Assembly (NCBI GenBank): GCA_048128005.1
Contig: JBEUKZ010000127.1
Coordinates: 62,001-126,000, forward strand
Direction of reading: 5' to 3'
From: Veleropilina oligotropha
Lineage: Eukaryota
DNA: 64,000 nucleotides
In this document: piece by piece, positions 43,410-54,100 of the stretch
How positions within the stretch are numbered: the first letter of the stretch is position 1
Layout of the letters: every line of letters starts with the position of its first letter
Notes under the pieces: generated by a model
What the model saw: only the letters and a program-made list of their open reading frames with translations
Told to the model about the DNA's origin: nothing
Database searches by the model: none
Translations under genes and position numbers: made by a program

Positions 43410-44696
43410 ATGGCTAAGAGCGCCTTTGCGTTTAATAGGAGTGCGGCCTATCCGACCGGTGTGGTGTACCCAGCAAAGATCAAAGATGAGCAGCTTACGA
43501 GACCAAGCATCAATGTGGGTAATAGCTCAACCACTGCATTCGGGGCAGACTACCCCGACGTATTTCAAAAGTATCGCCTCCCTCACGTCGCTAGTGACGG
43601 GCTGATAAGGGCTTGGCACAGCACACCGATGCGGTTCTGGCAGAACAAGGTCAACTTCGCAGTATGGTGTGCCACAACAGGTTCCGGGATCTCCTCAGAA
43701 GACCACTTGAATGCTACTGCAGCCCCCCTCTCCACTGCTGTATTCACCTTCCACGTCTACTATCAGGTCAGACGAATCTTATCCGAAATTCAGGCGCCGC
43801 TGCCACAGGACCGGACGTGGGATGCATTCGACAACCCGTATGACCGCAGGGCATATGAGAAGATCTGCAGCGAATTTGGGGTGTCTCCCCATACCGACTG
43901 GCGTGTCAAGGGTCCCAACGGCGGACTAGGCACCGCTTACAGCTACTGGACGAACAACGGCTACCACCCCATCGGACGTGACTATGATCCAAGCCGAATG
44001 TCCTTCACCAAAGGTACGACCAACACGAATCTGCACGTGGACTACATCGCGCAAGCGCCTGCACTTAAAAACGGTTGGGCTACTTTTATTCTGGACAGGT
44101 CGGTGGGATTCACGAGGGCCGGCGTGGAAAGGCTCAATGATTCCATCAGGACCTACGTCTGGGCTATTCTTGGAGCGCAGGCTCAAACGCGTGCAAGTAT
44201 TCTGGGTAGTGGGACGGCGTTTGACGCACAGAAACAGTTCCTGGCGAACGTGGAAGACGCCATCGCATCCCCCGTTGACCTCCCAGCAGCCATCAAACGG
44301 TACCAAGAGGTGCTCCAGTATGCGAGGTCCAAAGTGGACTTCGTATTCGGCGTTGGCCTGTACATGGCGCCAAGTAACATGCTTCTACGGATCGGGCAGG
44401 TGGCTGGTTATAACAATGAGATCGTCGTCGCCACGGAAGACCAGACACTCGGTCTTAATACTACGGTGAACGCGGCCAATCCTGTGCCGCCCAACGCCAC
44501 TGGGGATACTGGAGAAACAGGACTGGTTATTCCACAAGACGCAGATGCAAGCATACCGGTAGTTACTCCGAAGCATCCAAGCTCTCTGCCAACTGTGGCC
44601 TCAGTGGCGGCTGTTCCAGCGGCACATGACGAGGAGAAAACCGCACTTATCGTGGGCGGCATTGTCGTTGGCCTAGCGTTCATTTGGCTTACGTGA
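43410..44696 (+). CDS. Uncharacterised viral protein with a C-terminal membrane anchor (428 aa)
   Basis: Homolog of 21020-22315; the pre-TM linker is divergent. Confidence 0.8.
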   Translation: MAKSAFAFNRSAAYPTGVVYPAKIKDEQLTRPSINVGNSSTTAFGADYPDVFQKYRLPHVASDGLIRAWHSTPMRFWQNKVNFAVWCATTGSGISSEDHLNATAAPLSTAVFTFHVYYQVRRILSEIQAPLPQDRTWDAFDNPYDRRAYEKICSEFGVSPHTDWRVKGPNGGLGTAYSYWTNNGYHPIGRDYDPSRMSFTKGTTNTNLHVDYIAQAPALKNGWATFILDRSVGFTRAGVERLNDSIRTYVWAILGAQAQTRASILGSGTAFDAQKQFLANVEDAIASPVDLPAAIKRYQEVLQYARSKVDFVFGVGLYMAPSNMLLRIGQVAGYNNEIVVATEDQTLGLNTTVNAANPVPPNATGDTGETGLVIPQDADASIPVVTPKHPSSLPTVASVAAVPAAHDEEKTALIVGGIVVGLAFIWLT

Positions 44697-46005
44697 CCCA
44701 CTGTCTAGCGGCAATAAGAAGCAAGCCCCCAACTGATATGACCAGTGCCCATAGGTTTTCAGCGAGCCACGATGCTGTCTTGCCAATCAGGTTGATTAGC
44801 CAGGAGACCAGGCTTCCAAGTATTCCTGGGAGCACGGCTGCGGCCTTCCCTGCTAGCTTGCCCAGAATCCGACCCAGGGTCTTCAGCTGCTTTTTTACCC
44901 ACTCCTTGACCCCGCCCTGACCACTGGGAGGTGGTGGTGGCGTTGGCGGGCTTGTTGCTCCACCTGTCAGGGCTAGTACCAAAGTCGAGATGGCGAGCCC
45001 GATAGCGGTGAGTATTGTTGCGATCGTGACCCCTTGCTCGCGGAACAGGGTCCGGATACGCTCGGCCAGCGTTGTGTCGGTGTTCAGGATCCGACTTATC
45101 ATCTCTCGGATCCGGCTGATTTGAGAGCGAAGGGCCTCCCGGCTTGATGATGCTGCCTCTAGGCGAGCTGCTCTTTCATCATTCAGGTCGCGCAGACGTT
45201 CCGCGATCCGTCGACGGATGAACTCATCCACACCGCCCTCTTCATCTGCCTGATCGAGCTTCATCTTCTCCAGCTCTATGTGTTCGTCCAGCGCCGTTAG
45301 TTTGGCTAGATTGTTGGTTAGTTCGCCTCGGATGGTCTGCATCGCCTTGTCAAGTCCGCGAAGCTCGCGAAGATTTAATGGAGGGTCCCCCATTGCGCCT
45401 AAGATCTCTTCAACCTCGGTATCAGTGAATTTCGTCTCCATCGTGTGGATTGCTACCGAGGCATCAGTAGCAGTCTGCCCCAAGTCCCGCAGTTCTACGT
45501 TTTCGACATTAGCGGCCACACCGCTCAACTCGTTGTCGGCTGTCTGAAGAGCTGCAACCGCTTTTGAGGACGGCTTTTGTCGTCCCCCTACCCGCTTCCA
45601 GTTTACAAAACCCAGATCTCGGATGGCATCACCCCCACCAGGCCGGCCAGCTATTGTTGATAACGCCAAGGGGTTGCCGGTGCGAGAATTTATGAGATTG
45701 ATGTCGGGGTAGTCCGTCATCACCAATTTTCCCCCCCTCCCTAATTTTCCCCTCACATACTTGAATTTTGAATAATCTCGCCCTGCGGCTGGGGTCTGCC
45801 CCTCCTGTGCCAGGGCTTTGTAGTAGTCGTCAACCACGCCCTGAACGAGCTCTTGCTGAAGACTGCTGGTTCCTTCCTGTGGCCGTTCCGAAAGAACAGG
45901 CATAAACCGGTCGGTGGATAGATCCACATCAGTATCGTCGATGATGGTATCATCGTTGTCGATGAGATCGTCCGGCTCGAATGCGGGGTTCTCGAATTCC
46001 GCCAT
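44689..46005 (-). CDS. Coiled-coil membrane protein (438 aa), intact
   Basis: Acidic N-terminus, long helical region, TM segment, poly-Pro linker, then amphipathic and hydrophobic C-terminal helices. Confidence 0.85.
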   Translation of the reverse strand: MAEFENPAFEPDDLIDNDDTIIDDTDVDLSTDRFMPVLSERPQEGTSSLQQELVQGVVDDYYKALAQEGQTPAAGRDYSKFKYVRGKLGRGGKLVMTDYPDINLINSRTGNPLALSTIAGRPGGGDAIRDLGFVNWKRVGGRQKPSSKAVAALQTADNELSGVAANVENVELRDLGQTATDASVAIHTMETKFTDTEVEEILGAMGDPPLNLRELRGLDKAMQTIRGELTNNLAKLTALDEHIELEKMKLDQADEEGGVDEFIRRRIAERLRDLNDERAARLEAASSSREALRSQISRIREMISRILNTDTTLAERIRTLFREQGVTIATILTAIGLAISTLVLALTGGATSPPTPPPPPSGQGGVKEWVKKQLKTLGRILGKLAGKAAAVLPGILGSLVSWLINLIGKTASWLAENLWALVISVGGLLLIAARQWVT

Positions 46006-46041
46006 TTGAATACATCAGTGGGATACGCATCTAATTCAGCC

Positions 46042-47343
46042 ATGACTAGCGTATACGGACGCAAGCTTAATCCATACCGCAGGCTGCGTGAGCCCCTCGC
46101 AGTCAAGGGCATCCGCCAGTCGGTCACGATTACAAACAATCCATCAACGATTGCCCCGAACCAGCAGCTCCTGGTTCGGTTCCCTAATCTCGGGGCGAAT
46201 GACGTGATCGTTCCAGGGACTGCCCACCTCGCATTTACCATCTCTCTGACCTCGGTAAATGCGAATAGGACTGTAGTGCAAAATATCGGCCGTGCCGTGA
46301 TCAGAAAGACCACGATAAAGATAAGTGGAAACGAGATCATGTCGATTGACGACTCCGACGTGTACCACTGCTACTGCGATCTCTGGAAGACCACCGGGGA
46401 GCGCAAGAACGCCCAGTACCAGGGGATTGATACCAGCGATGGGCACAACACTACGAAGCATCGTGTTGGTGCGGCAGACGCCTTTAGACTGTCTGAGGAT
46501 GTCGCGGTCGCGGCCGCGTACGGTAACCGATTCCGCATCCCGCTGGATTTCGAGCTGTTGGAAAGTCACATGCCATTCTATCAAAGCGCCCTTGGAGACC
46601 GTCTCGAGTATGAGCTAACGTTCAACGACTACTCCCGGACTATCCGGGAGACGGACGACTCCGGTTCCAGCTATTCCATCGACAATATATCCCTCGAATA
46701 TGACATGGTAACCCAATCCGAGCTTGCCAGACGGATTCGAAATCAATACCAGGGTCAACTCGTAATCCTGTACGACCGTGTTCTCCGGCATCGGAAGCTC
46801 ACCCTAGACAAGAGCGACTCGTTGTGGAATATGAATGTGAACGTACCGGCGAGGTCGATGAAAGGAATACTACTGTTGTTCGAGGACCCTGCGAGAGACG
46901 CCGCGCCATTCTCTCGCGATACTGAGGCCTTCTATAATCCGAAGATCACAAAGGTCGAGGTCACAATCGAGGGTGTCCCGAATCAAATCTACAGCCAGGG
47001 CATGCGAACATACCAGATCTGGGAAGAAGCCAAGAAAATGTTCGCCTCCGGCTGCAGCAAGCGGCATCCTGAGGTCGCGATGGTCGCAAAGGACTTGGAG
47101 ATGGCAGACGTCACCCTGGGCGAATTTCTGACTAAGAAATTTGCGCTCTGGATCGATATGCGGGTAACTGACGACGATCAGTTGCACGGGTCAGGCCGGA
47201 GGGTCGAGAACGCCAGCGAAGGCATTACTATTCAGATCACTAAAACAGCCGAAGCGGCCGGTCCACTGAACGTCTACGAGTTCGTGATCATGGACGCACA
47301 GCTGAATATCGAGAATGGCCGATTCGTCGAAGCACTGTACTAA
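46042..47343 (+). CDS. Putative double jelly-roll major capsid protein
   Basis: Protein identical to 23657-24958. Confidence 0.75.
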   Translation: MTSVYGRKLNPYRRLREPLAVKGIRQSVTITNNPSTIAPNQQLLVRFPNLGANDVIVPGTAHLAFTISLTSVNANRTVVQNIGRAVIRKTTIKISGNEIMSIDDSDVYHCYCDLWKTTGERKNAQYQGIDTSDGHNTTKHRVGAADAFRLSEDVAVAAAYGNRFRIPLDFELLESHMPFYQSALGDRLEYELTFNDYSRTIRETDDSGSSYSIDNISLEYDMVTQSELARRIRNQYQGQLVILYDRVLRHRKLTLDKSDSLWNMNVNVPARSMKGILLLFEDPARDAAPFSRDTEAFYNPKITKVEVTIEGVPNQIYSQGMRTYQIWEEAKKMFASGCSKRHPEVAMVAKDLEMADVTLGEFLTKKFALWIDMRVTDDDQLHGSGRRVENASEGITIQITKTAEAAGPLNVYEFVIMDAQLNIENGRFVEALY

Positions 47344-47947
47344 ACGATTTCCGCACACCAAGGACCCCCACTCCGCAATCATCTGCGGCCAGACGGGCTG
47401 TGGGAAGACGGTTTTCATGCTTGAACTGCTGGAAGGGGAGTATCGAGGCGTCTTCCGGCATATCGTGGTCCTCTGCCCCACGATCAAGTACAACAAAGCA
47501 TACCAGTCTTGTCCGTGGATCTGGACCGACCCTGAGGTGTATTTAGTCCCCCCGGGTGAGCGACTCCATGACTGGCTGCGGGGGTTCTACCGACTGTTTC
47601 AGGGGGAATCAACTTTATATATCATCGACGACTGCGCCGCGAGCAAGGCTATGGCAAAGAGGAGGGACATGCTGACTTTGTTGGCCTTCAGCGGCAGGCA
47701 TGCTTCCCAGAGCGTATGGGTAGTGACGCAAAAGTACAACTCGGTCTTGAAGGAGCTCAGAGAGCAGACCCGCTGGGTCGCGCTGTTCCATTGCAAGGAC
47801 CGCGACAGTTTCGAGGACTGCCTGCGCGAGAACGATGTAATCCCGTCGCAGGATGAACGGACCGAGGTTCGCCGGCTGTTGGCCGAGACACGACACGCTA
47901 AGCTTCTGTTGAAAACTGATCAGCCCGTTGCTTATAGTGTGCTATAG
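47315..47947 (+). CDS. A32-like packaging ATPase
   Basis: GQTGCGKT, YIIDD, SGRH and VVTQKY. Confidence 0.92.
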   Translation: MADSSKHCTKRFPHTKDPHSAIICGQTGCGKTVFMLELLEGEYRGVFRHIVVLCPTIKYNKAYQSCPWIWTDPEVYLVPPGERLHDWLRGFYRLFQGESTLYIIDDCAASKAMAKRRDMLTLLAFSGRHASQSVWVVTQKYNSVLKELREQTRWVALFHCKDRDSFEDCLRENDVIPSQDERTEVRRLLAETRHAKLLLKTDQPVAYSVL

Positions 47948-47958
47948 CTACCCAGCAG

Positions 47959-48744
47959 ATGCTAAGTAGCTGCCCAGCAAGCTCTCGCATGTCGGACGCT
48001 GTATATCTAGCTTTTGCTTTCAGCCAGAGCCTGATCTTGCTCCTACTCGCTACATTGTGGTATTGGATTTACAGTTATATTAGACCGGTGAGGCGATGCT
48101 GGAAACGCTTCAGGATGGACAGCCTCATCGATCAACTCATGGATGACGAACAAGAAACGACCATCAACAGCTGTCGCTTGACTCCCGATGGCAAGGAACC
48201 TGTCAGTAACAGTGGAGTCGCAAGTTCCGTTTGCGCGGCAAAGCGTGAGAGGCTTGCAGCCTTAGCCGTTGGAGGACAGGCCCACCGATACATGGGGCGT
48301 AACCTCACAGTGGACCGGATAGACGACATGACTGACGACGAGGTCGAAAAGCACCACGCGAGGTATGAAGCGAAACTCGGTGCCGATGTGACGAAGACTC
48401 TGGGGACTTCAGCTATTCATCTCTACGCGGGGGCAGCTGGGATGTTCCTGCCCATTCCACCAGCAAACCAGCTACGACTGATCGCCGACCTGGAGGCCGA
48501 CCCGTTCATCTCACATGCCCTGACCACTGCAAGCTGTGAGCTGTATTATAAATATGGCATGTACCTCGCACCGCTGACCGCAGCGTTGACCACGGCTAAG
48601 CACTGCCAATTTGGACATGTTTGCCCGCCTAAGATACCAGATCAAGATGACAACGCCGGAAGTGGACCAAGTGATCGAGAGACAGCCGATCGAGAGCCAG
48701 CCGATAGAGAGGGTGACTTCTTCGACGGACTCATCAGTGAGTAA
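47959..48744 (+). CDS. Hypothetical viral protein (up to 261 aa)
   Basis: Identical to the 25574-26359 product. Confidence 0.7.
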   Translation: MLSSCPASSRMSDAVYLAFAFSQSLILLLLATLWYWIYSYIRPVRRCWKRFRMDSLIDQLMDDEQETTINSCRLTPDGKEPVSNSGVASSVCAAKRERLAALAVGGQAHRYMGRNLTVDRIDDMTDDEVEKHHARYEAKLGADVTKTLGTSAIHLYAGAAGMFLPIPPANQLRLIADLEADPFISHALTTASCELYYKYGMYLAPLTAALTTAKHCQFGHVCPPKIPDQDDNAGSGPSDRETADREPADREGDFFDGLISE

Positions 48745-49138
48745 AAAGGACCCGAAAAAGGTCGCAGCAGGGAGGGCCGGCGCTGCTGCTCGAAAAGCCA
48801 AGCAGGAGAAGCTACTGGCCGCGGTTCGAAAAATGAAAGAAGACCTGAGTGCCCCAACAAGTGTTGTCGTTCCATCAGAACAGCCCGGGGAGGCGGTTCC
48901 AGCCGCAGAAAGACCGCGTGCGCCAGATACACGGAAATCGGACCTATTTAATTGGACCCAGGTAGCCGTCGCTGCCGGTACGGTTGCGTTGGTATTTGTT
49001 GTCTGGAAGACGTCCTCAGAACGCAGCAACCCTGGTCCATCCACACCACATCAACAGCCACCAGACGCGGACACTCGGTGCTCTCGGGCCACCCCCACTA
49101 TCGAATTGAAGAAGCAGAACCCTTTTCATATGCAATAG
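48647..49138 (+). CDS. Basic protein with a single TM segment
   Basis: Homolog of 26262-26753. Confidence 0.7.
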   Translation: MTTPEVDQVIERQPIESQPIERVTSSTDSSVSKKDPKKVAAGRAGAAARKAKQEKLLAAVRKMKEDLSAPTSVVVPSEQPGEAVPAAERPRAPDTRKSDLFNWTQVAVAAGTVALVFVVWKTSSERSNPGPSTPHQQPPDADTRCSRATPTIELKKQNPFHMQ

Positions 49139-49163
49139 TCTCAAACGGTACTAATCAACAGTT

Positions 49164-49403
49164 ATGACTACCCCAATCACTGATGGAAAGATGCTCGGCA
49201 ACGCTGTATACCACGCCGCTATAGTGTCAGGCCTCGCCATAGGCTACGCACGCCTGACAAAGATGGTATTCAAGGGGGCGAGCCCCAAACTTGACTTCAC
49301 GGGGTACGATGTCGGGATGGTCGTCCTCGACGTAGCGCTCGCCATGGCGACGAAAGACATGCTGATCAAGCAAGGCATCATTCCGGCCGATATATTGAAG
49401 TAG
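49164..49403 (+). CDS. Small hydrophobic viral protein (79 aa)
   Basis: Homolog of 26779-27018. Confidence 0.75.
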   Translation: MTTPITDGKMLGNAVYHAAIVSGLAIGYARLTKMVFKGASPKLDFTGYDVGMVVLDVALAMATKDMLIKQGIIPADILK

Positions 49404-49434
49404 TGGGACCTTGCTAGATAATCGCAGCATTTCA

Positions 49435-49866
49435 ATGGCTTCCATTGCGATGCTGGTTGGGGGCGCTCTCGTCAACGCCCTCGCCTTCAGCGGCTCGAAC
49501 TTCCTCTTCTCGAAGCTACGCAGCTCCGGTGTCGATGCGGAGCGTAAACGCCACGACATTGCTGTAGAACAGCTCAACGCTGCTCAGACTAAATGGTCAC
49601 AACAGAGGGCAGAGCGTCTCGACTGGCTGAACGTTGAACTTCGCCGCCAGGGTCATGCCGTTGGCACATTCCGGGATGTTGACGCCGCGATCCGTGAGTA
49701 TGCATTGATCACCGGCAAGAAACTTGACCCCACCGCTATGGGAGGTGGCCCTGAGCCCCAGCTGTCTGACTACTACACACCGAGTGATGCCCAAAAGGGA
49801 CGTGAGATCACCTTCATCATCCTGGGGATGGCTGCGACCGGGTTGGTCGCCTACAAGCTCGCCTAA
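49435..49866 (+). CDS. Small membrane protein
   Basis: Homolog of 27050-27478. Confidence 0.75.
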   Translation: MASIAMLVGGALVNALAFSGSNFLFSKLRSSGVDAERKRHDIAVEQLNAAQTKWSQQRAERLDWLNVELRRQGHAVGTFRDVDAAIREYALITGKKLDPTAMGGGPEPQLSDYYTPSDAQKGREITFIILGMAATGLVAYKLA

Positions 49867-49906
49867 TTATTTCCAGTGGACATTTTTTTCGTTGGCATGT
49901 ATAGTA

Positions 49907-50188
49907 ATGGGGCTCCCAGAAGAGCTGTACTGCGCTATGCTTGCGGTCGGCTATAGTACTACGTCACTCGACTGCTGGCGCCGCGACGAAAAGACTATGG
50001 TGCGGTTCGCAGTCCTGGTGCTCTCGGGCCCGACCAACCTTCGGGCAACGACTGCGCAGCGACCGGCTCCGGAAGCTGAAGCCTGTTGGAGACTGATCAG
50101 TTTGCTGGAATACATTGCCAGTCTCGATGGCAGCGAAGACCGGCAAAAGAACTCGAGGGCGCGGAATGAACCGGAAGCTTGCGAATAG
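49907..50188 (+). CDS. Hypothetical small protein (93 aa)
   Basis: Homolog of 27520-27741 with a C-terminal extension. Confidence 0.5.
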   Translation: MGLPEELYCAMLAVGYSTTSLDCWRRDEKTMVRFAVLVLSGPTNLRATTAQRPAPEAEACWRLISLLEYIASLDGSEDRQKNSRARNEPEACE

Positions 50189-51164
50189 CTACTATAGCCC
50201 CCGAGGCTACTGGAAAGGGATAGCCGCGATAAAACATCTCTCGGCCGCGGTAGATGTCTCTGAAGACGTGGCCCGGGATTGGCTGAAGAAGCAGGCCATC
50301 TGGCAAATCTATTTACCTGCGCCACGGCAGATTCCAAGACCAAAATTCGACGTCGTAACGCCGAACGAGGTTCACCAAGCCGATCTCCTGTTTCTCCCAC
50401 ATGACAAGGTCGGTCGTAAAACATACAAGTACGCTCTGACTGTGGTTGATGTGGCCAGTCGCTATAAAGAAGCTGAGCCATTGGCCACAAAAGAGGCCAA
50501 AGGGGTTGCTGAAGCTCTGTCTCGAATCTACAGGCGGAGTCCTCTTAGCTGGCCGAAATTGCTTCAGGTTGATCCAGGGCGGGAGTTTATGGGCGCGGTG
50601 TCCCAGCTGCTGGCGACAAATAACGTCGAGGTTAGGCGTGGCCGTGTGGATCTCCATCGCGATCAAGGCATTGTGGAGCGCTTCAACCGGACGCTCGCTG
50701 AGCGGCTCTTCGGGCACCAGTATGCAACAGAGATGAGTTTTACAGGGTCTGCGAAAAAGGGTCAAAGGTCGACTGAGTGGGTCGCCAGGCTAGCAGCTGT
50801 AGTTGCGGCGTTGAATGGGGAAGTGACCAGGCTGACCGGTAAAAAGCCCAAGAATGCCATCAAGGCACCTCGCGTTGCACAAAAGCCCGGCGCCACTGTT
50901 CCAGGCCGACAGGGGAAGGAACAGAAACTCCCCTCTGGCATAGATGTTCGCTACCTATACCAACCCGGTGAGTTGGAGGGTGGTCGCCGCCGTGCCACTG
51001 ACCCGGTGTGGTCTTTGACGGTTCACAGGCTTGGACGCTCCGTCACTAAGCCTGACGAGCCTGTGCTCTACTACTTGCTCGATGGACCACTGCGTGGGTT
51101 TGTTCGAGAGGAACTTCTCGTGGTGCCTCGTGACACCCAGCTGCCGCCGGTTCTCAGGCGTTAA
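50166..51164 (+). CDS. Retroviral-type (rve) DDE integrase
   Basis: HQADL, QVDPGREF and VERFNRTL. Alternative ATG at 50127. The stop shares a TTAA (51161-51164) with the convergent polymerase gene. Confidence 0.95.
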   Translation: MNRKLANSYYSPRGYWKGIAAIKHLSAAVDVSEDVARDWLKKQAIWQIYLPAPRQIPRPKFDVVTPNEVHQADLLFLPHDKVGRKTYKYALTVVDVASRYKEAEPLATKEAKGVAEALSRIYRRSPLSWPKLLQVDPGREFMGAVSQLLATNNVEVRRGRVDLHRDQGIVERFNRTLAERLFGHQYATEMSFTGSAKKGQRSTEWVARLAAVVAALNGEVTRLTGKKPKNAIKAPRVAQKPGATVPGRQGKEQKLPSGIDVRYLYQPGELEGGRRRATDPVWSLTVHRLGRSVTKPDEPVLYYLLDGPLRGFVREELLVVPRDTQLPPVLRR

Positions 51165-54100
51165 CAGCTGCTGCTCCCTCGTTTTCGGTTACATTCCAGA
51201 CACGTTAAGCGCACGTTGTCGCGGATGTGGCCCCTGCGGTTGTCCACACGGTCGACACTGAACTGCTGTGTGTCTTTGGGCTGGTAGGCCCAGAGCAGCT
51301 CTATGTTGCATGCTGCGCATCGGTTGTTTTGGGGTTCTTTGAGCCGCAGGATGTCGTCGACCTTGAGGTTAATCCCCGGGAGTCCCTTTGCCTGGTCCTG
51401 GCGCATGTATGCCACGAGCTTCCTCTGGATGGTTTTTCGGAGCTGCTGCTTGCTCTGCTGCGCTTGGGGCGGCCTGTCCTCAGAACCCTCATCTGGAGGA
51501 CAGGTTACCCGCTCGAGCTGATGCAGATACTCCACCCGGGACACGGCTAGGTAGGCGAGATTACTCCACTGAAGGTAGTCGTCGATGATCCAGACTTTCT
51601 GTGGGTCGTGAATGGTAAGACCCTGGCTCGAATGGATGGTGAGAGCATAGCCCAGGCGCCAATCCGGGGTCAGGATAGCCCGCTCAGCAGCCTCAATCGT
51701 GACCTCAACGACGTCGTTGAGAACTAGCTCCTGTCTTTCGTCGGTGCCCGGAATTGTTACCATGATGTTTTGCTTACGGGTGTCCCTGGGGTGGTAAAGG
51801 ATAGGAACCTGGGAGTCTGGGAAGTGCTCCTTGTGCCTCTGGAGCAACAGCTGTTGAGCCCATTCGCGGACCTTCTGACGGCTGGTGAGGATTAGGTCGC
51901 CTGGCCTCCAGGTGTTGACAAACCGATCCCATCCAAGGCAGCTGGGGAGACTCTTACGCATTTCCCCGCACTGGATTTTGTCGGGCTGGAGACGTATACG
52001 TCTTTTCAGGGCTTGGAGGGCAGGGTCGTCTTTCGCCCTGTAATCTACTTCGATCTCCTCATAGTAGTCCGCGGTCTGTCGCAGCCAATCGTGCGGCATC
52101 TCCCCCGTAATCGGTGGTGGCTGGCCATGATCGCCACAGCAGATAACCTGAACTTCGTGGTGGCCCAGCCAGTCCAAGAACATCTCGAGGATAGGCCGGG
52201 GAACAGTACAGACCTCGTCCCAGATAATGACGCGGGGGATGAACTTCTGACCCATGCGATCAGGTGTCCAGTCAGTCTGGCCGCTCCATCGGAAGAAACT
52301 GTGGTAGGTCTGGGCTTTGACGCCTCTGGTTCGCATCTCTTTAGCAAGGCGGTGGGTTGGCGTGAATACAATGGGATTCCTTGCCCGGAAGAGCTCTATA
52401 GCTCTCGTAGTCTTGCCACAGCCCCCTCCACCATTGAGGTAACTCAGGCGATGGTGGGTCAGCGTGTCATTGTAGCAAGGCGCGGTGCTTGGCTGGCTGG
52501 AATTGGCGGCACAACAATACTCTGGCTTGGGCAGGTATGCGGCATGTTCCTGTGGCAGGTACAGCTGTTCGCCCTTGTCACGCCACTGGGCCGGTGCTAC
52601 TGGCGGAAGGTACGGCTCCGCGATCAGACATGAGATGCACGATTTCTCACCACAGTCGCAGAGTCTGGGGGCAACGTACACCGTGACATCGTCGAGCTTC
52701 TCCATCGAGGCCTTCTTGAGGTAGATGCTGTCAGTGGCTACCCGGACGGCTTCTGCTGCACTGAAACGCTTCAGCATGCTCAAGAGGTTTATGTGTGCAT
52801 AGGCCAACATGGATGCCCTCAGGTGGGCGTACTGAGGCTGGGAGCCATCATAGTACGTGAGGATGTGACCGAGGGGGCATCTCTGAGGAGCGCCAACCAG
52901 GGTGCCGCTTTGGCGGGTGTCTCTTACGAGGAAGTCGAGCTCACCCTGGTCGGTCACCAGTCTACGAGTCAATCTTTTGCCATCGGCTTTGGCGCCTTGG
53001 GTGAATTTGCCGATAATGCTGCAGCCCTGGTCACGATTCTCCGGAAGCCAGACATCGGTCTGGTTTTTGAACGCGATGATGGCCTCTCGGATCTTGAGGC
53101 TTTTTAGCAGTCCAGAGTCTACGAGGAAGGCGAGCAGCGGGGTGGGTGCCCAACCATTCTCTGCAAAGTGCTTGCCGAACCATGCTACAATGACGGGGTG
53201 GATGTCTTCCGCGAACTCCCATTCCACGACCTCAGCAAACCCAGTACAGATTTCTTGGGGAAGAGGACCATTAATTGCGACCCGCGTCATGCTGTGGGTT
53301 GGGTGTCCGAATCTTTCGAAATACGGCTTGGCCTCGCCCTGCCCCAGAAAGCTAGCAGGGTAGCAGGCTTTCATATCGATGCAGCAGACATCGCCCGTAT
53401 CATAGTTCATGGAATTCCACAGGCCACCATGACCGTGCTCCACGCAGGCCTTCTGGACGTCATCGAGCAGGCTCGCTGGGGTGGGTTTCCAGCCGTTCTT
53501 CTCTTTGGCCATAATGCTAGCTGCATGGTTCACGCCAAAGGCTCTCTCGGCAAGGGACTCATTCCCCAGCGCTGTACAGGCTTCCTGGAGTCTCTCGTGA
53601 TCATCTTGTGTCCTGTACGTGCGACCGTCTTGCAGCACGAACTGGTCCACGCCGAGCTGTCGGTCTTTACCGCCAAGGAGCCAGACAGCTAATGGCTCAT
53701 TCCGTGTGGCTTGTCGGATAGCTTCCCAGACATCGCCCTCGTAGATGTGGACCTCTCTACTTTGCGGGAAGTGCAGCTCCTTGGACCATGCATGGCCGTT
53801 GTGACATATGAGCTCTACGTTACCTCTCACCCCGCCTGTGGACCCACCAAACTGGTATTTCCCACTATTGTAGATGTCCTCGCCGGCGATGTCTCTCAAG
53901 ATAATCGCCCGTTTGAGCATCCTCTCAAGGCCAGCCACATCATCCACAGTGGCGCCTGTTACATGAACTCGCGCCTCCCACTCCTGTATTTTCTGCCGCC
54001 TGATTGGAGTGAGTCCGTTTCCTCGCAGGGCACCTTCGAAGTGCTCAACCACTCTCTGGGCAACGCAGTTGAGATCGCCGTTCTTCATTGGAACCAGGTT

